Shown here: positions 46,638 to 55,217 of the stretch, piece by piece
How the letters are laid out: every line of letters begins with the position of its first letter
Position numbering within the stretch: the stretch's first letter is position 1
NCBI GenBank assembly: GCA_031416315.1
Contig: JANOTL010000159.1
Location: 9,523 to 73,522 of the forward strand
Length of the DNA: 64,000 bases
From: Pseudomonadota bacterium
GTDB lineage: Bacteria > Bdellovibrionota_B > Oligoflexia > Oligoflexales > CAIYRB01
Direction of reading: 5' to 3'
Notes under the pieces: model-generated
What the model was told of the DNA's origin: nothing
Databases searched by the model: none
What the model saw: the letters and a program-made list of their open reading frames with translations, nothing else
Made by a program: the position numbers and the translations under genes

Positions 46638-48149
46638 TCAGCGCGCGACGCAGCAGACCGAGCCCTGCTTCACTTCTTCGAACGAAAATAGATAATCCAG
46701 ACCGTTGATGTTGCACATCTCGGCGATCTCGGCCGCGATGCGCGGATCGTCCCGATTCGGCGCGGCTAGGCGCGGAAGCGCGCGCCCGGCATCGACGGCA
46801 GCTTGGCCGCAGGACGGAGAGCACGTGATTTGACCGCCCAGGTGACGGTTGGGAACGGAAGCATAGTTCGGGGCCGGACACGGGTCGACCGGCGGCGGCA
46901 CCGCGGCCGGCTTGAGCACGCAACAGACGTTTCCTTGAACGACTTCTTCCCACGAAAAGAGGTAGTCGAGTCCATTGATGTTGCACATCTCGCCGACTTC
47001 GGCCGCGATGCGAGGCTCCGCGCGATTCGGCAAGGCCAAACGCGGCTGGGCGCGACCCGCGTCGACGGCCGCCTGCCCGCATGAAGGCACGCATTGGGGC
47101 GCCCCTCCCTTGTGCCTGTTCGGAACGTAAGCGTAGTTCGGCAGGTCGCAGCCCGCCGGGGCCGGTGGCGCCTCGGGTTTGAGCACGCAGCAGACTTGGT
47201 CGAGCGTCACTTCCTCATAAGCGAAGAGGTAATCGAGCTTGTTCACGTTGCAATACTCCGCGACGTCGGCGGCGACTTGCGGCAAGTTGCGATCGGGAAC
47301 CGCGAGACGCGGCGCGACGCGTTTCGCGTCGACGGATGCTTGCCCGCACGATGGCACGCACATCACTTTTCCGCCTTCGTGACGGTTTTTCGTGAGGGCG
47401 TAATTGACGCCGTCGCAAGCCTCGGGAGCGGCCCCGTTGGGATCCGGAGGCGAGTTCGGCGCGGTCGCCGGATCGATGACGATCGTTCCGCCACCGATCT
47501 TCTTGAGATGGCAAACTGGTTCGGCGTTCGTCGTGCCCCCGGCGATGACGAACGTATCGGACGCCCCGGCGTACGCCAAAAACTCGTCCGAGCCCTGCTT
47601 CACGAAGATCTGCGCGTTGATCGTGTAGTCGCCGTCGCTCTCGACCTTTCCGAGCTCGAAGCGAAATTTCGCGCAATCTTCGAGCGGCATCACGACCGTT
47701 TCCGCGACGGCCGTATTCTTCCGCAGTTCGACGAAGATCGTCCCGCCCTTGATTCCCGAGCCTTTGGCCGTACAAGTGAGCTTGAGCTGCGTTGCGGCGC
47801 CCGCTTGGACCGCGCTGGCGGACGATGTCTTGAATGCCGAGGCGCTGGCCGTTTTTTGCTGGGGCGATTTGAGACCGTCGCTGGCGCTGCCATTCACGAA
47901 CGGGGAGAGCGCGGCGAGGTCGATCTCCGCGCCGCTCTTCAGCTCGAGCGTCGCAAGGCTGGAGTCCTTATCCACGGGATCGGTAGAGTTGCCGTCCGCC
48001 TCCGGATCCGAACTTTTCACGTTCTTTTTGGTGCTAGAGCCTTTGTCCTTGGCGTCCGACTCGGTCCCTCCGGTCATTTCGGCGATGTTGCAGCCCCAAA
48101 GAGCCGACGCTGCAAGCAGACCGAAAAACACCTGTCTATTGACGAACAT
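46638..48149 (-). CDS. Lipoprotein with three tandem ~80-aa Cys-rich repeats
   Basis: Lipobox LWGC; GAGGTG RBS; three C..NY..NRH.GG...C.PSCGQA.VDA...CN.N.LDYLF..EEV...VCCV units. Confidence 0.88.
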   Translation of the reverse strand: MFVNRQVFFGLLAASALWGCNIAEMTGGTESDAKDKGSSTKKNVKSSDPEADGNSTDPVDKDSSLATLELKSGAEIDLAALSPFVNGSASDGLKSPQQKTASASAFKTSSASAVQAGAATQLKLTCTAKGSGIKGGTIFVELRKNTAVAETVVMPLEDCAKFRFELGKVESDGDYTINAQIFVKQGSDEFLAYAGASDTFVIAGGTTNAEPVCHLKKIGGGTIVIDPATAPNSPPDPNGAAPEACDGVNYALTKNRHEGGKVMCVPSCGQASVDAKRVAPRLAVPDRNLPQVAADVAEYCNVNKLDYLFAYEEVTLDQVCCVLKPEAPPAPAGCDLPNYAYVPNRHKGGAPQCVPSCGQAAVDAGRAQPRLALPNRAEPRIAAEVGEMCNINGLDYLFSWEEVVQGNVCCVLKPAAVPPPVDPCPAPNYASVPNRHLGGQITCSPSCGQAAVDAGRALPRLAAPNRDDPRIAAEIAEMCNINGLDYLFSFEEVKQGSVCCVAR

Positions 48150-48171
48150 GGATGCACCTCCCGATCCACGC

Positions 48172-48198
48172 TGATCGGCGCACCGGTGGAAACCATGA
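48172..48198 (-). promoter_or_regulatory. sigma28-like promoter
   Basis: TCAT-N15-GCCGATCA on the minus strand. Confidence 0.5.
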
Positions 48199-48271
48199 GA
48201 GACTTTTATAATTGTCAATGCTGTCGGAAACTTATGCGCGCGACCGCGAGTTGCCTAAACAAGACTTAGTT

Positions 48272-49399
48272 CTAGTGCGTGTAATCCGGCAACGGCATGT
48301 ACCCGATGACCCCCTCGTTAACGTACCCGGCCTCGGCGCATGTCGCCGGATTCGCCACCGTCAGCTGATCGTCGACGTCCGCTCGGTAACACCGAAAGAA
48401 TGCCACCGCCCCCTGATGCGGCCCTGTGTTGAACCGCCCGATCGGCCCGATCTTCGTCGCCCCTTCGCACGTGTCCACGAACTGCGAGACGAACACCGTT
48501 CCGCTCGCTCTTTGGCACGCAACCAGCGGCGCGGTCCCGGGCAACTCGTCGCGGATCAAGAAAAACGCCGGCCCCTCGTCGATCCAAGGCGGCCCCGCCC
48601 CCGGCGGCAGGTAGCCGTGCCGCCCTTCAGGCGTGCGGTACTGATGGATCGCGAGGAGCGCCCGCCCGTCCCCCGCGCGCGCCATGCCGCCCGCGATCCG
48701 GTCCGCGATCGCGATCCCGAACTTCGCGAAGCAGAACGCCGGAAACGTCGCCGTCGCCAGGCACAAGCCGAGGTCGACCCCGTCCTTCAGCACCGGGATC
48801 CGCTTGAAGATCGGCAGCTCGAACACCTTCGCCAGGAGTCCGCCGCCGAGCTTGATGTGGAGCACGTCCTGCGCAATCGTCTCGACCGGCGCGGTGACGA
48901 ACTGCACCACTTTACGGACGAAATCGCCGAAGCCCAAATTGAGCCCCGCGCGCGCGGGATCGTCCTTGAAGCTCGCGCCGGCACGCAGCTGCCCATCCGG
49001 CCCCTTGAGCTCCCAGCTGACGGGGATCTCGGCATCCACTGGGATCGGCTGTCCGTCGGTGCGCACCATCTCGCAGCGAATGGTGACGATCTTGTCCGCC
49101 TCCATCCCGTCCCAGGTGCACGCCACGTCGACCAAGGCCGCCCAATCCGGTGGCGCCAGGTCCGTCGTCGTATCTCCCGCAGACGTCGAAGCCTTCACCT
49201 TCGACGGCTCCTCCACGACGGCGTCGCTCGGCCCGGCGGGCGCCGTCGCGACCGGCGTCTCGACGATCGTGTCCTTGTCCCGGGAGCCCGAGCTGCCGCC
49301 CGTCGTTTTCTTCGCGCTCGATCCCGACAAATCCGACTCGCTGCTGCAAGCGAGCGAAGTCAAAAAGAGCGCCATAGCCCCGGCTTTGATAAAGATCAT
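48272..49399 (-). CDS. Lipoprotein with C-terminal DUF5648-like repeat domain
   Basis: Lipobox SLAC; FFRCY..DQLT....C..AGYVNEGVIGY pattern. Confidence 0.75.
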   Translation of the reverse strand: MIFIKAGAMALFLTSLACSSESDLSGSSAKKTTGGSSGSRDKDTIVETPVATAPAGPSDAVVEEPSKVKASTSAGDTTTDLAPPDWAALVDVACTWDGMEADKIVTIRCEMVRTDGQPIPVDAEIPVSWELKGPDGQLRAGASFKDDPARAGLNLGFGDFVRKVVQFVTAPVETIAQDVLHIKLGGGLLAKVFELPIFKRIPVLKDGVDLGLCLATATFPAFCFAKFGIAIADRIAGGMARAGDGRALLAIHQYRTPEGRHGYLPPGAGPPWIDEGPAFFLIRDELPGTAPLVACQRASGTVFVSQFVDTCEGATKIGPIGRFNTGPHQGAVAFFRCYRADVDDQLTVANPATCAEAGYVNEGVIGYMPLPDYTH

Positions 49400-49434
49400 G
49401 CGCGACTCCCGCAAAGATCTGGATTCTCTCGCCA

Positions 49435-49461
49435 GTTTCGGCTCTCTCAGGGAAAACTTTA
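49435..49461 (-). promoter_or_regulatory. sigma28 (FliA)-type promoter
   Basis: TAAAGTTT-N11-GCCGAAAC, near consensus. Confidence 0.72.
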
Positions 49462-49532
49462 TCTCCCCTTCAAATTCCTCTTTTAGCGTTGAGTTGAGCC
49501 CTCCTTAAAAGACCCCCACAGCCGAGGTCTGC

Positions 49533-50393
49533 ATGCTCTCGACGATGATCCGCGAGAACCTCCTCACGCGCCTGCCCGACGTCATGCGCCAGCCGCGCCC
49601 GATGGTTCGGCCCAAAGCCTTCCCGCGCAAGGTGAAGCTCGACTTCGCCGTGCGCGGCTACCGGGTCAAGACGATCGAGACCCACGCCGAGCTGAAGCAG
49701 GTCCTGAGCCTCCGTCGCAACGTGTTCCACCACGAGTTCGCCGGCAAGTGGTTCAGCTTCCGCAGCGACCGCGACGAGTACGACGACCTAGCCGACCACC
49801 TCGCGATCTTCGATGCCAAGACCGGCCGCCTCGCCGGCGCCTACCGGATGATCCCCTCGCACGCCAGCGACCGATTCTACTCTGCCACCGAGTTCGACAT
49901 CTCGCGCATCCTCGCGCTCCCCGGCCGCAAGATCGAGCTGAGCCGCGCCTGCATCCACAAGGACTACCGCAACGGCATCGTCATCGCGCTCCTCTGGAAG
50001 GGTATCGCCGAATACGCCAAGGCCGCCGGCACCGACTACCTCTTCGGCCTCTCGAGCATCAACACCATCGATCCGGCGCAAATCGCCGCGATCTGCCGCT
50101 ACTTCGAGAAGAACGATCTCGTCGACCGCAGCCTCGACGTCGCCCCGCGCGGCAAGTACGCCATCGACGGCTTCGCCGATCATCTCGAGAAGGCTTACGG
50201 CAGCGAGAGCGGCTTGGGCGGCATCGACGCCGTCCAGCTCGTGCCGTCCCTCTTCAAGACCTACATCAAGGCAGGGGCGAAGGTATGTTGGCAACCGGTG
50301 ATCGATCGCGATTTCCGCTGCGCGGACTGGCTGACGGTGCTCGACATGAAGAAGCTCGCGCCCGCCTTCGGTCGCAAGTTCATGCAGGACTGA
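49533..50393 (+). CDS. olsB: GNAT N-acyltransferase, OlsB-like (lyso-ornithine lipid synthase)
   Basis: DRDEYD..DHL, GAYRM, FYSATEF, ELSRACIHKDYRNG, LWKGI, YIKAGAKV. Confidence 0.78.
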   Translation: MLSTMIRENLLTRLPDVMRQPRPMVRPKAFPRKVKLDFAVRGYRVKTIETHAELKQVLSLRRNVFHHEFAGKWFSFRSDRDEYDDLADHLAIFDAKTGRLAGAYRMIPSHASDRFYSATEFDISRILALPGRKIELSRACIHKDYRNGIVIALLWKGIAEYAKAAGTDYLFGLSSINTIDPAQIAAICRYFEKNDLVDRSLDVAPRGKYAIDGFADHLEKAYGSESGLGGIDAVQLVPSLFKTYIKAGAKVCWQPVIDRDFRCADWLTVLDMKKLAPAFGRKFMQD

Positions 50394-50416
50394 GGACCGC
50401 GCGTCGCGGGGCGAAG

Positions 50417-51133
50417 ATGGCGCTCGCCTCCCTCTTCTTCCTCGCAGCGGGCCTCGCTCTCTCATTCATCCCCGGCGCGCGCATAGGGCGCAGGTTCAGG
50501 CGCGCGCAGCTCTGCCAGCGCTATTGCCAGCTCCTGGTCTGGGCGCTCGAGCTGCGGGTCGAGGCCGACAATCCGACCGCGGTCCGCTTCGACGGCCGGG
50601 GCGGCAAGCTTCTCGTCGCCAACCACATCTCCTATCTCGACGTCGTTCTCATTGGCGCGCAGGCGCCGACCGTCTTCGTCACGTCACGGGAGATCGAGGA
50701 GACGCCGATACTCGGCCTGTTTTGCCGGGCGGCCGGCTGCGCATTCGTCGAGCGCCGCCGGAAAACCGCCGTCGTGCAAGACCTAGCGGCGATCACCGAG
50801 CTCCTGGCCGGGGGCCTCGACGTCATGTTCTTCCCCGAGGGCTCGACCTCGGACGGCGGCGCCTTTTTGGACTTCAAGAGCACTCTGCTAGAATCAGCCT
50901 TACGCACTCGCAGCAAGGTCATCGCGCTTTGCCTGCGTTATTCCGACGTCGAGCGCGTGGCCTGGTACGGTGACATGACCTTTTTCCCGCATTTCCTCGG
51001 TCTCATCCGCAGTCCGGCGGTGACGGCCTCGCTCACGGTGCTCGGAGAGATGCCGCTGCGTGTCCACCGCTCCCGAAAAAAGCTCATGGACGACGTCCGA
51101 AACCGCATTGCGGCGGCTTACTTCGCTGTCTGA
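50417..51133 (+). CDS. olsA: PlsC-family acyltransferase, OlsA-like
   Basis: VANHISYLD, FFPEGSTSDG, WYGDMTF; directly follows olsB; start uncertain. Confidence 0.75.
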   Translation: MALASLFFLAAGLALSFIPGARIGRRFRRAQLCQRYCQLLVWALELRVEADNPTAVRFDGRGGKLLVANHISYLDVVLIGAQAPTVFVTSREIEETPILGLFCRAAGCAFVERRRKTAVVQDLAAITELLAGGLDVMFFPEGSTSDGGAFLDFKSTLLESALRTRSKVIALCLRYSDVERVAWYGDMTFFPHFLGLIRSPAVTASLTVLGEMPLRVHRSRKKLMDDVRNRIAAAYFAV

Positions 51134-52211
51134 CAAGCGCGATCTGGTCCTCCGCCACCGCTTACCCGAGATGATCGAGCTTGAGGAGCTGCGCCTCTTG
51201 GCCCGCGGCATAGCCGAAATGCGCCTCGAGGCCGAGGTCACGACGGCCGGCTACACGCTCCCGATCTACTCCTTCGTCTTCGGCCCGAAGGACCGGAACG
51301 TGCCGACGCTCGCGCTGATCGGCGGCGTCCACGGCCTCGAGCGCATCGGCGCCAGCGTCGTCCTCTGCTACATGCGCACCCTGATCGAGCTCTTGCACTG
51401 GGACAAGGGCATCCAACACCTCCTGCAAAACTGCCGCATCGTCTTCATGCCGATGGTGAACCCCGCGGGCGTCTTCCAGCGCTCGCGCTCGAATCCGAAC
51501 GGCGTCGACCTCATGCGCAACGCGCCGATCGACGCCGAGATGAAGCCGAACGTCCGCCTCGTCTGCGGTCACCGCATCTCGCCCAAGCTGCCGTGGTACC
51601 GAGGCGCCGCCGGCGAGCCGATGGAGAAGGAGTCGACCGCGCTCGTCGAGCTCGTGAAACGCGAGGTCTTCCCGTCCCGATTCTCGATCGCCCTCGATCT
51701 GCACTCCGGCTTCGGCTTGATGGATCGGCTCTGGTTTCCCTTTGCCTACACGCACCGCCCGTTCGACCGCATCGCCGAGATGCACGCCCTGAAAACGCGC
51801 TTGGGGCGCTCCCTGCCCAACCATCCCTACCTCATGGAGCCGCAGTCGAAGACTTATGTCACGCACGGCGATCTTTGGGATCATCTCTGGCTCGAGCATC
51901 AGCGCAGCGAGCACGCGCCACGCGCCACGTTCCTGCCGCTCACGCTGGAGATGGGCTCGTGGATCTGGGTGAAGAAGAATCCGCGACAAGCGTTCTCGGC
52001 CCTCGGCATCTTCAATCCGCTCCTCCCTCACCGCATCCAGCGCACGCTGCGTCGTCACCTCGGGCTCCTCGACTTTTTGGTGCGAGCCGTCGCTTCCTAC
52101 GATAACTGGGCCTTGCCGTCCCACCTCGCCAAGGGTGGCAGCGACGCGCGCGCCATGGCCCTCTGGTATCCGCAACATCCGGGAATCAGAAGAATTTTGC
52201 CGCGTCCCTAA
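51108..52211 (+). CDS. M14-family zinc carboxypeptidase-like protein (DUF2817-like)
   Basis: GGVHGLE, NPNGVDLMRN, DLHSG, TLEMG; start uncertain. Confidence 0.85.
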   Translation: MRRLTSLSDKRDLVLRHRLPEMIELEELRLLARGIAEMRLEAEVTTAGYTLPIYSFVFGPKDRNVPTLALIGGVHGLERIGASVVLCYMRTLIELLHWDKGIQHLLQNCRIVFMPMVNPAGVFQRSRSNPNGVDLMRNAPIDAEMKPNVRLVCGHRISPKLPWYRGAAGEPMEKESTALVELVKREVFPSRFSIALDLHSGFGLMDRLWFPFAYTHRPFDRIAEMHALKTRLGRSLPNHPYLMEPQSKTYVTHGDLWDHLWLEHQRSEHAPRATFLPLTLEMGSWIWVKKNPRQAFSALGIFNPLLPHRIQRTLRRHLGLLDFLVRAVASYDNWALPSHLAKGGSDARAMALWYPQHPGIRRILPRP

Positions 52212-52220
52212 GGCGCCCCC

Positions 52221-52248
52221 TCAAGCGGACTGACCCCTCGACCGAAGC
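52221..52248 (+). promoter_or_regulatory. sigma28-like promoter
   Basis: TCAA-N16-ACCGAAGC upstream of the lipoprotein at 52291. Confidence 0.4.
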
Positions 52249-52290
52249 GGGGGGGGAAATCATTCCGGCAAGGATGAGCTGGGGGACCCA

Positions 52291-53730
52291 ATGCGTCATA
52301 TCAGTCAGATCGCGAAACTTTCGGCGGCCGTCGCCACCGTCTTGTCACTGTCGAGCTGCTTCGGCCCGTTCAAGAAGAGCGAGACCAAGAGCAGCAGCAG
52401 CAGCGCGAAGAAGTCCACCAACTCCGGCTCCGGCTCCGGCTCAGGCTCCAGCTCTGGCTCCGGCTCGACCGCCACTGCCGCGGCGCCCGCAGCTCCGGCC
52501 GCGCCTGCTGCGCCGGCTGCGCCGGCCGTCCCCGCGGTTCCCGGCGTCAAAGAAGGCCACGGCTGCCTCCAAGGCGTCGTCACCGACGGCTTCACTGGCG
52601 CCCGGATCGACCTGAAGGGCAAGGAAGAGCAGATGTTCGTCTTGATCCACGGCCGCAAGCTGAAAGCCGTCTTCTACGATGACCCGATGCTCGTCGGCGA
52701 ATACTACGTCTGCGAGATCCCGGTCGAGGAGACCTATCCGGTCTTCGGTTACATCGACGGCTACCTGCCGTTCGAGTCGACGGTGAACATCAAGGAAGCC
52801 CGCGCGGTCTACGCCGGCGCCGACCAAGCGATCACCTCCGAGGTCTTGATCCGCGACCCGATCGCCCTCGCGAACATCCGCCTCTTCCCGGTCGGCAACA
52901 CGGCCGACCAGTCGCTCACCGTGCACGTCTCCGCTTACGGCAGCCCGGTCAAAGGCGCTCGCGTCAGCCTCGAGCCGCAAGCGGCGGTCGGTTTCTTCGC
53001 CTTCGAAGGCGCCTTCGCCAGCACCGTCGGCACGCGCCTTCTGCCTTCGCTCGTGACCACCAACGACGACGGCGACGCCGTCTTCCCCGCGGCGAGCCTC
53101 TCGCTCGGCACTCGGTACGCCATCCAGGTCACTCCGTCCGGCAGCTCGGCTCTGACTACAGGCAGTCGCGCGGTTTTCACCCTCGGCATCGACAAAGCCG
53201 CCCCGGGCGCCGAGTCCGAGGACAAGAACCGCTGGGAGATCAACATCGACCTCGATGAAGTGAACCAGCCGCTTCGCATCATCTCCTGCTCGACCGGCTT
53301 CCAGAACTACGAGGCCGGCGGCACCTTGAAGATCCTTTTCAACCGCGCCATCGCGATCAAGAACCTCGACGAGTACAACGCGACCTGGAGCATCACGAAC
53401 GCCGGTACTGCGGTCACTCCGCCCGCCAAGACCGACAACGACAACGTCTCCGAGCTCGTCGCGGCCTCCCTCGACGGCGAGAACACGCTCGTCCTGAAGC
53501 CGAAGTTCGCCAATGACAACCAGAAGCCGACGGCCTTGAATCCGGCCAAGGACATCAACGACACCGCGAACGCCTCGCGGAACGACAGCATCGCTTACGA
53601 CTTCCCGAGCATCAGGGTCACCAGCCTCGCCGACTCGGCTAACCAAGCCACCGTCGCCCTCGACACCTTGGTCGCTGCGGCTGCCGTCGCCTGTCCGAGC
53701 ACCGTGCGCTTCTTCCCGAACAACCTGTAG
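52291..53730 (+). CDS. Lipoprotein with SG/PAA low-complexity linker and Ig/prealbumin-like beta domains
   Basis: Lipobox LSSC; (SG)n and (PAA)n; GVVTDGFTG, GSPVKGARV..TNDDGDAVF. Confidence 0.8.
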   Translation: MRHISQIAKLSAAVATVLSLSSCFGPFKKSETKSSSSSAKKSTNSGSGSGSGSSSGSGSTATAAAPAAPAAPAAPAAPAVPAVPGVKEGHGCLQGVVTDGFTGARIDLKGKEEQMFVLIHGRKLKAVFYDDPMLVGEYYVCEIPVEETYPVFGYIDGYLPFESTVNIKEARAVYAGADQAITSEVLIRDPIALANIRLFPVGNTADQSLTVHVSAYGSPVKGARVSLEPQAAVGFFAFEGAFASTVGTRLLPSLVTTNDDGDAVFPAASLSLGTRYAIQVTPSGSSALTTGSRAVFTLGIDKAAPGAESEDKNRWEINIDLDEVNQPLRIISCSTGFQNYEAGGTLKILFNRAIAIKNLDEYNATWSITNAGTAVTPPAKTDNDNVSELVAASLDGENTLVLKPKFANDNQKPTALNPAKDINDTANASRNDSIAYDFPSIRVTSLADSANQATVALDTLVAAAAVACPSTVRFFPNNL

Positions 53731-53747
53731 TCACGCCCCAGACGCCG

Positions 53748-53783
53748 AAGCCCGCACTCGCGAGAGTGCGGGCTTTTCATTTT
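53748..53783 (+). terminator. Rho-independent terminator
   Basis: AAGCCCGCACTC-GCGA-GAGTGCGGGCTT followed by a T-rich tail. Confidence 0.85.
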
Positions 53784-53805
53784 CGCGGACCGCGCCATGC
53801 AAGAC

Positions 53806-54591
53806 CTACATCCCGACCGAAACCTTCGCGACCCAGTCCCCGACTCCGCCGACGTCCCGAAACGAAACCTCTCCGGTCAAGGTCACGAACGGCGGCAGCA
53901 CCGCCACGCGCAAGCCCACCTTTCGCGTAGGCTCGATCCACTTCATCCGATATGCGACGGCATCGGCGGTCTCGCGATACGTCCCCTCGTTCTGCTTCGC
54001 GCCGTAGACCAAGTACCCTTGGAAGTATCGCAGGAACCCCATCCCTGCTGCCGCCTCGAGCGCCAAGCTCTTCAGCTCCGTCGACGCGATCCCGAACGCT
54101 TTTCCCGCGCCCGCCCGGACCGAAAGCGCCGGCAAGCCCGGCCGTTCGAACACGGTTCCTTGCACGATCGCCGCGATCGCCGTCATGCCCGCTTCCGGAT
54201 CGGCTCCGCCGACTACGGCGAAATCCACGGGCACGGGCGTCCCCTTCACGATCCACGCCCGCGGCAAGCTCGACCGCGATTTCTCACCGTCCGCCCCCGG
54301 CTGCACGGCGAGCGGTTTGGCGAGGCTCGCCGTCCCGATCCCGATGGCCGTCCCGATCGACCCGTGGGCCCCGGCCGGCTCGACCATCTCCGGGCGCGTT
54401 AAAGCCGCGACCCCGCGCAGATGCGTTTCCGCCGCGCCTCTGCCGACGGTCGCCCGCGGCGTCGCCGTCAGCGGCGTCGGTCCGGCTGCGTCGTCCGTCG
54501 GCTCGGTCTGGGCCGCACACGTTCCCGAAGCCGCCGCCGCGAAAAGCAGCACGAGCCCCGAGACCCACTGGCGCCCCAGCCGGAAAATCAC
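53806..54591 (-). CDS. Putative outer-membrane beta-barrel protein
   Basis: Signal-like N-terminus, amphipathic strands, ends VAKVSVGM; start GTG 54591 or ATG 54621. Confidence 0.6.
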   Translation of the reverse strand: MIFRLGRQWVSGLVLLFAAAASGTCAAQTEPTDDAAGPTPLTATPRATVGRGAAETHLRGVAALTRPEMVEPAGAHGSIGTAIGIGTASLAKPLAVQPGADGEKSRSSLPRAWIVKGTPVPVDFAVVGGADPEAGMTAIAAIVQGTVFERPGLPALSVRAGAGKAFGIASTELKSLALEAAAGMGFLRYFQGYLVYGAKQNEGTYRETADAVAYRMKWIEPTRKVGLRVAVLPPFVTLTGEVSFRDVGGVGDWVAKVSVGM

Positions 54592-54604
54592 TACAAGCCT
54601 CTCG

Positions 54605-55213
54605 ATGCGGATCGTTTTCATAGACCATTATGACAGCTTCAGCCGGAACGTCCTAGATTGGCTGGACCCCGGCGACGGCGTCTTCGCCATCGAGCGCATC
54701 GCTTTTGACGATGCCTCCGCCATGGCGCGTATCGCCGGAGAGCGCACCCCGCTCGTCCTTTCGCCCGGCCCGAAACATCCCCGCGACGCGCTCCCGACCT
54801 TGCGCCTCGTCGAAAAAAAGCTCGGAACCGTCCCGATCTTAGGCATTTGCCTCGGCCATCAGATCCTCGCGACGATTGCCGGCGCCGACGTCACGCCAGG
54901 CCCCGAGCCTTTTCACGGCACGACGCGCCACATCACGGTCGACTTGACTGCGCGCATTTTCGCGACGCTTCCGAGCCCGACCTTCCGCGCCGCGGTCTAC
55001 AACTCGCTCGCCATCGACGAAAGGACCTGGTCCCCCTCCCCGGATTGGCGCCTGACCGCTTGGAGCGAGCCGCGCGAAGCCCAAGCCCTGGCTTACGAGC
55101 CAGAATCCGGTGCTCCAGCCTACGGCCTTCAATTTCACCCCGAGTCCTACCTCAGCGAGCGCGCCTTAGAGCTCCGCGCCGCTTGGATCGCCATCACGCA
55201 ATCGGCGCGCTGA
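54605..55213 (+). CDS. Glutamine amidotransferase, PabA/TrpG-like
   Basis: IDHYDSF, LSPGPKHP, LGICLGHQ, LQFHPES. Confidence 0.9.
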   Translation: MRIVFIDHYDSFSRNVLDWLDPGDGVFAIERIAFDDASAMARIAGERTPLVLSPGPKHPRDALPTLRLVEKKLGTVPILGICLGHQILATIAGADVTPGPEPFHGTTRHITVDLTARIFATLPSPTFRAAVYNSLAIDERTWSPSPDWRLTAWSEPREAQALAYEPESGAPAYGLQFHPESYLSERALELRAAWIAITQSAR

Positions 55214-55217
55214 CCCG

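Noticed and set aside
46641..47417. DNA-level direct repeats that might suggest CRISPR or a DGR template/variable pair
   Set aside because: In-frame protein domain repeats with mostly synonymous divergence; no spacers, cas genes or reverse transcriptase
52391..52545. Short tandem repeats (AGC)n, TCCGGC and GCGCC-type
   Set aside because: They encode Ser/Gly and Pro/Ala linkers of a lipoprotein
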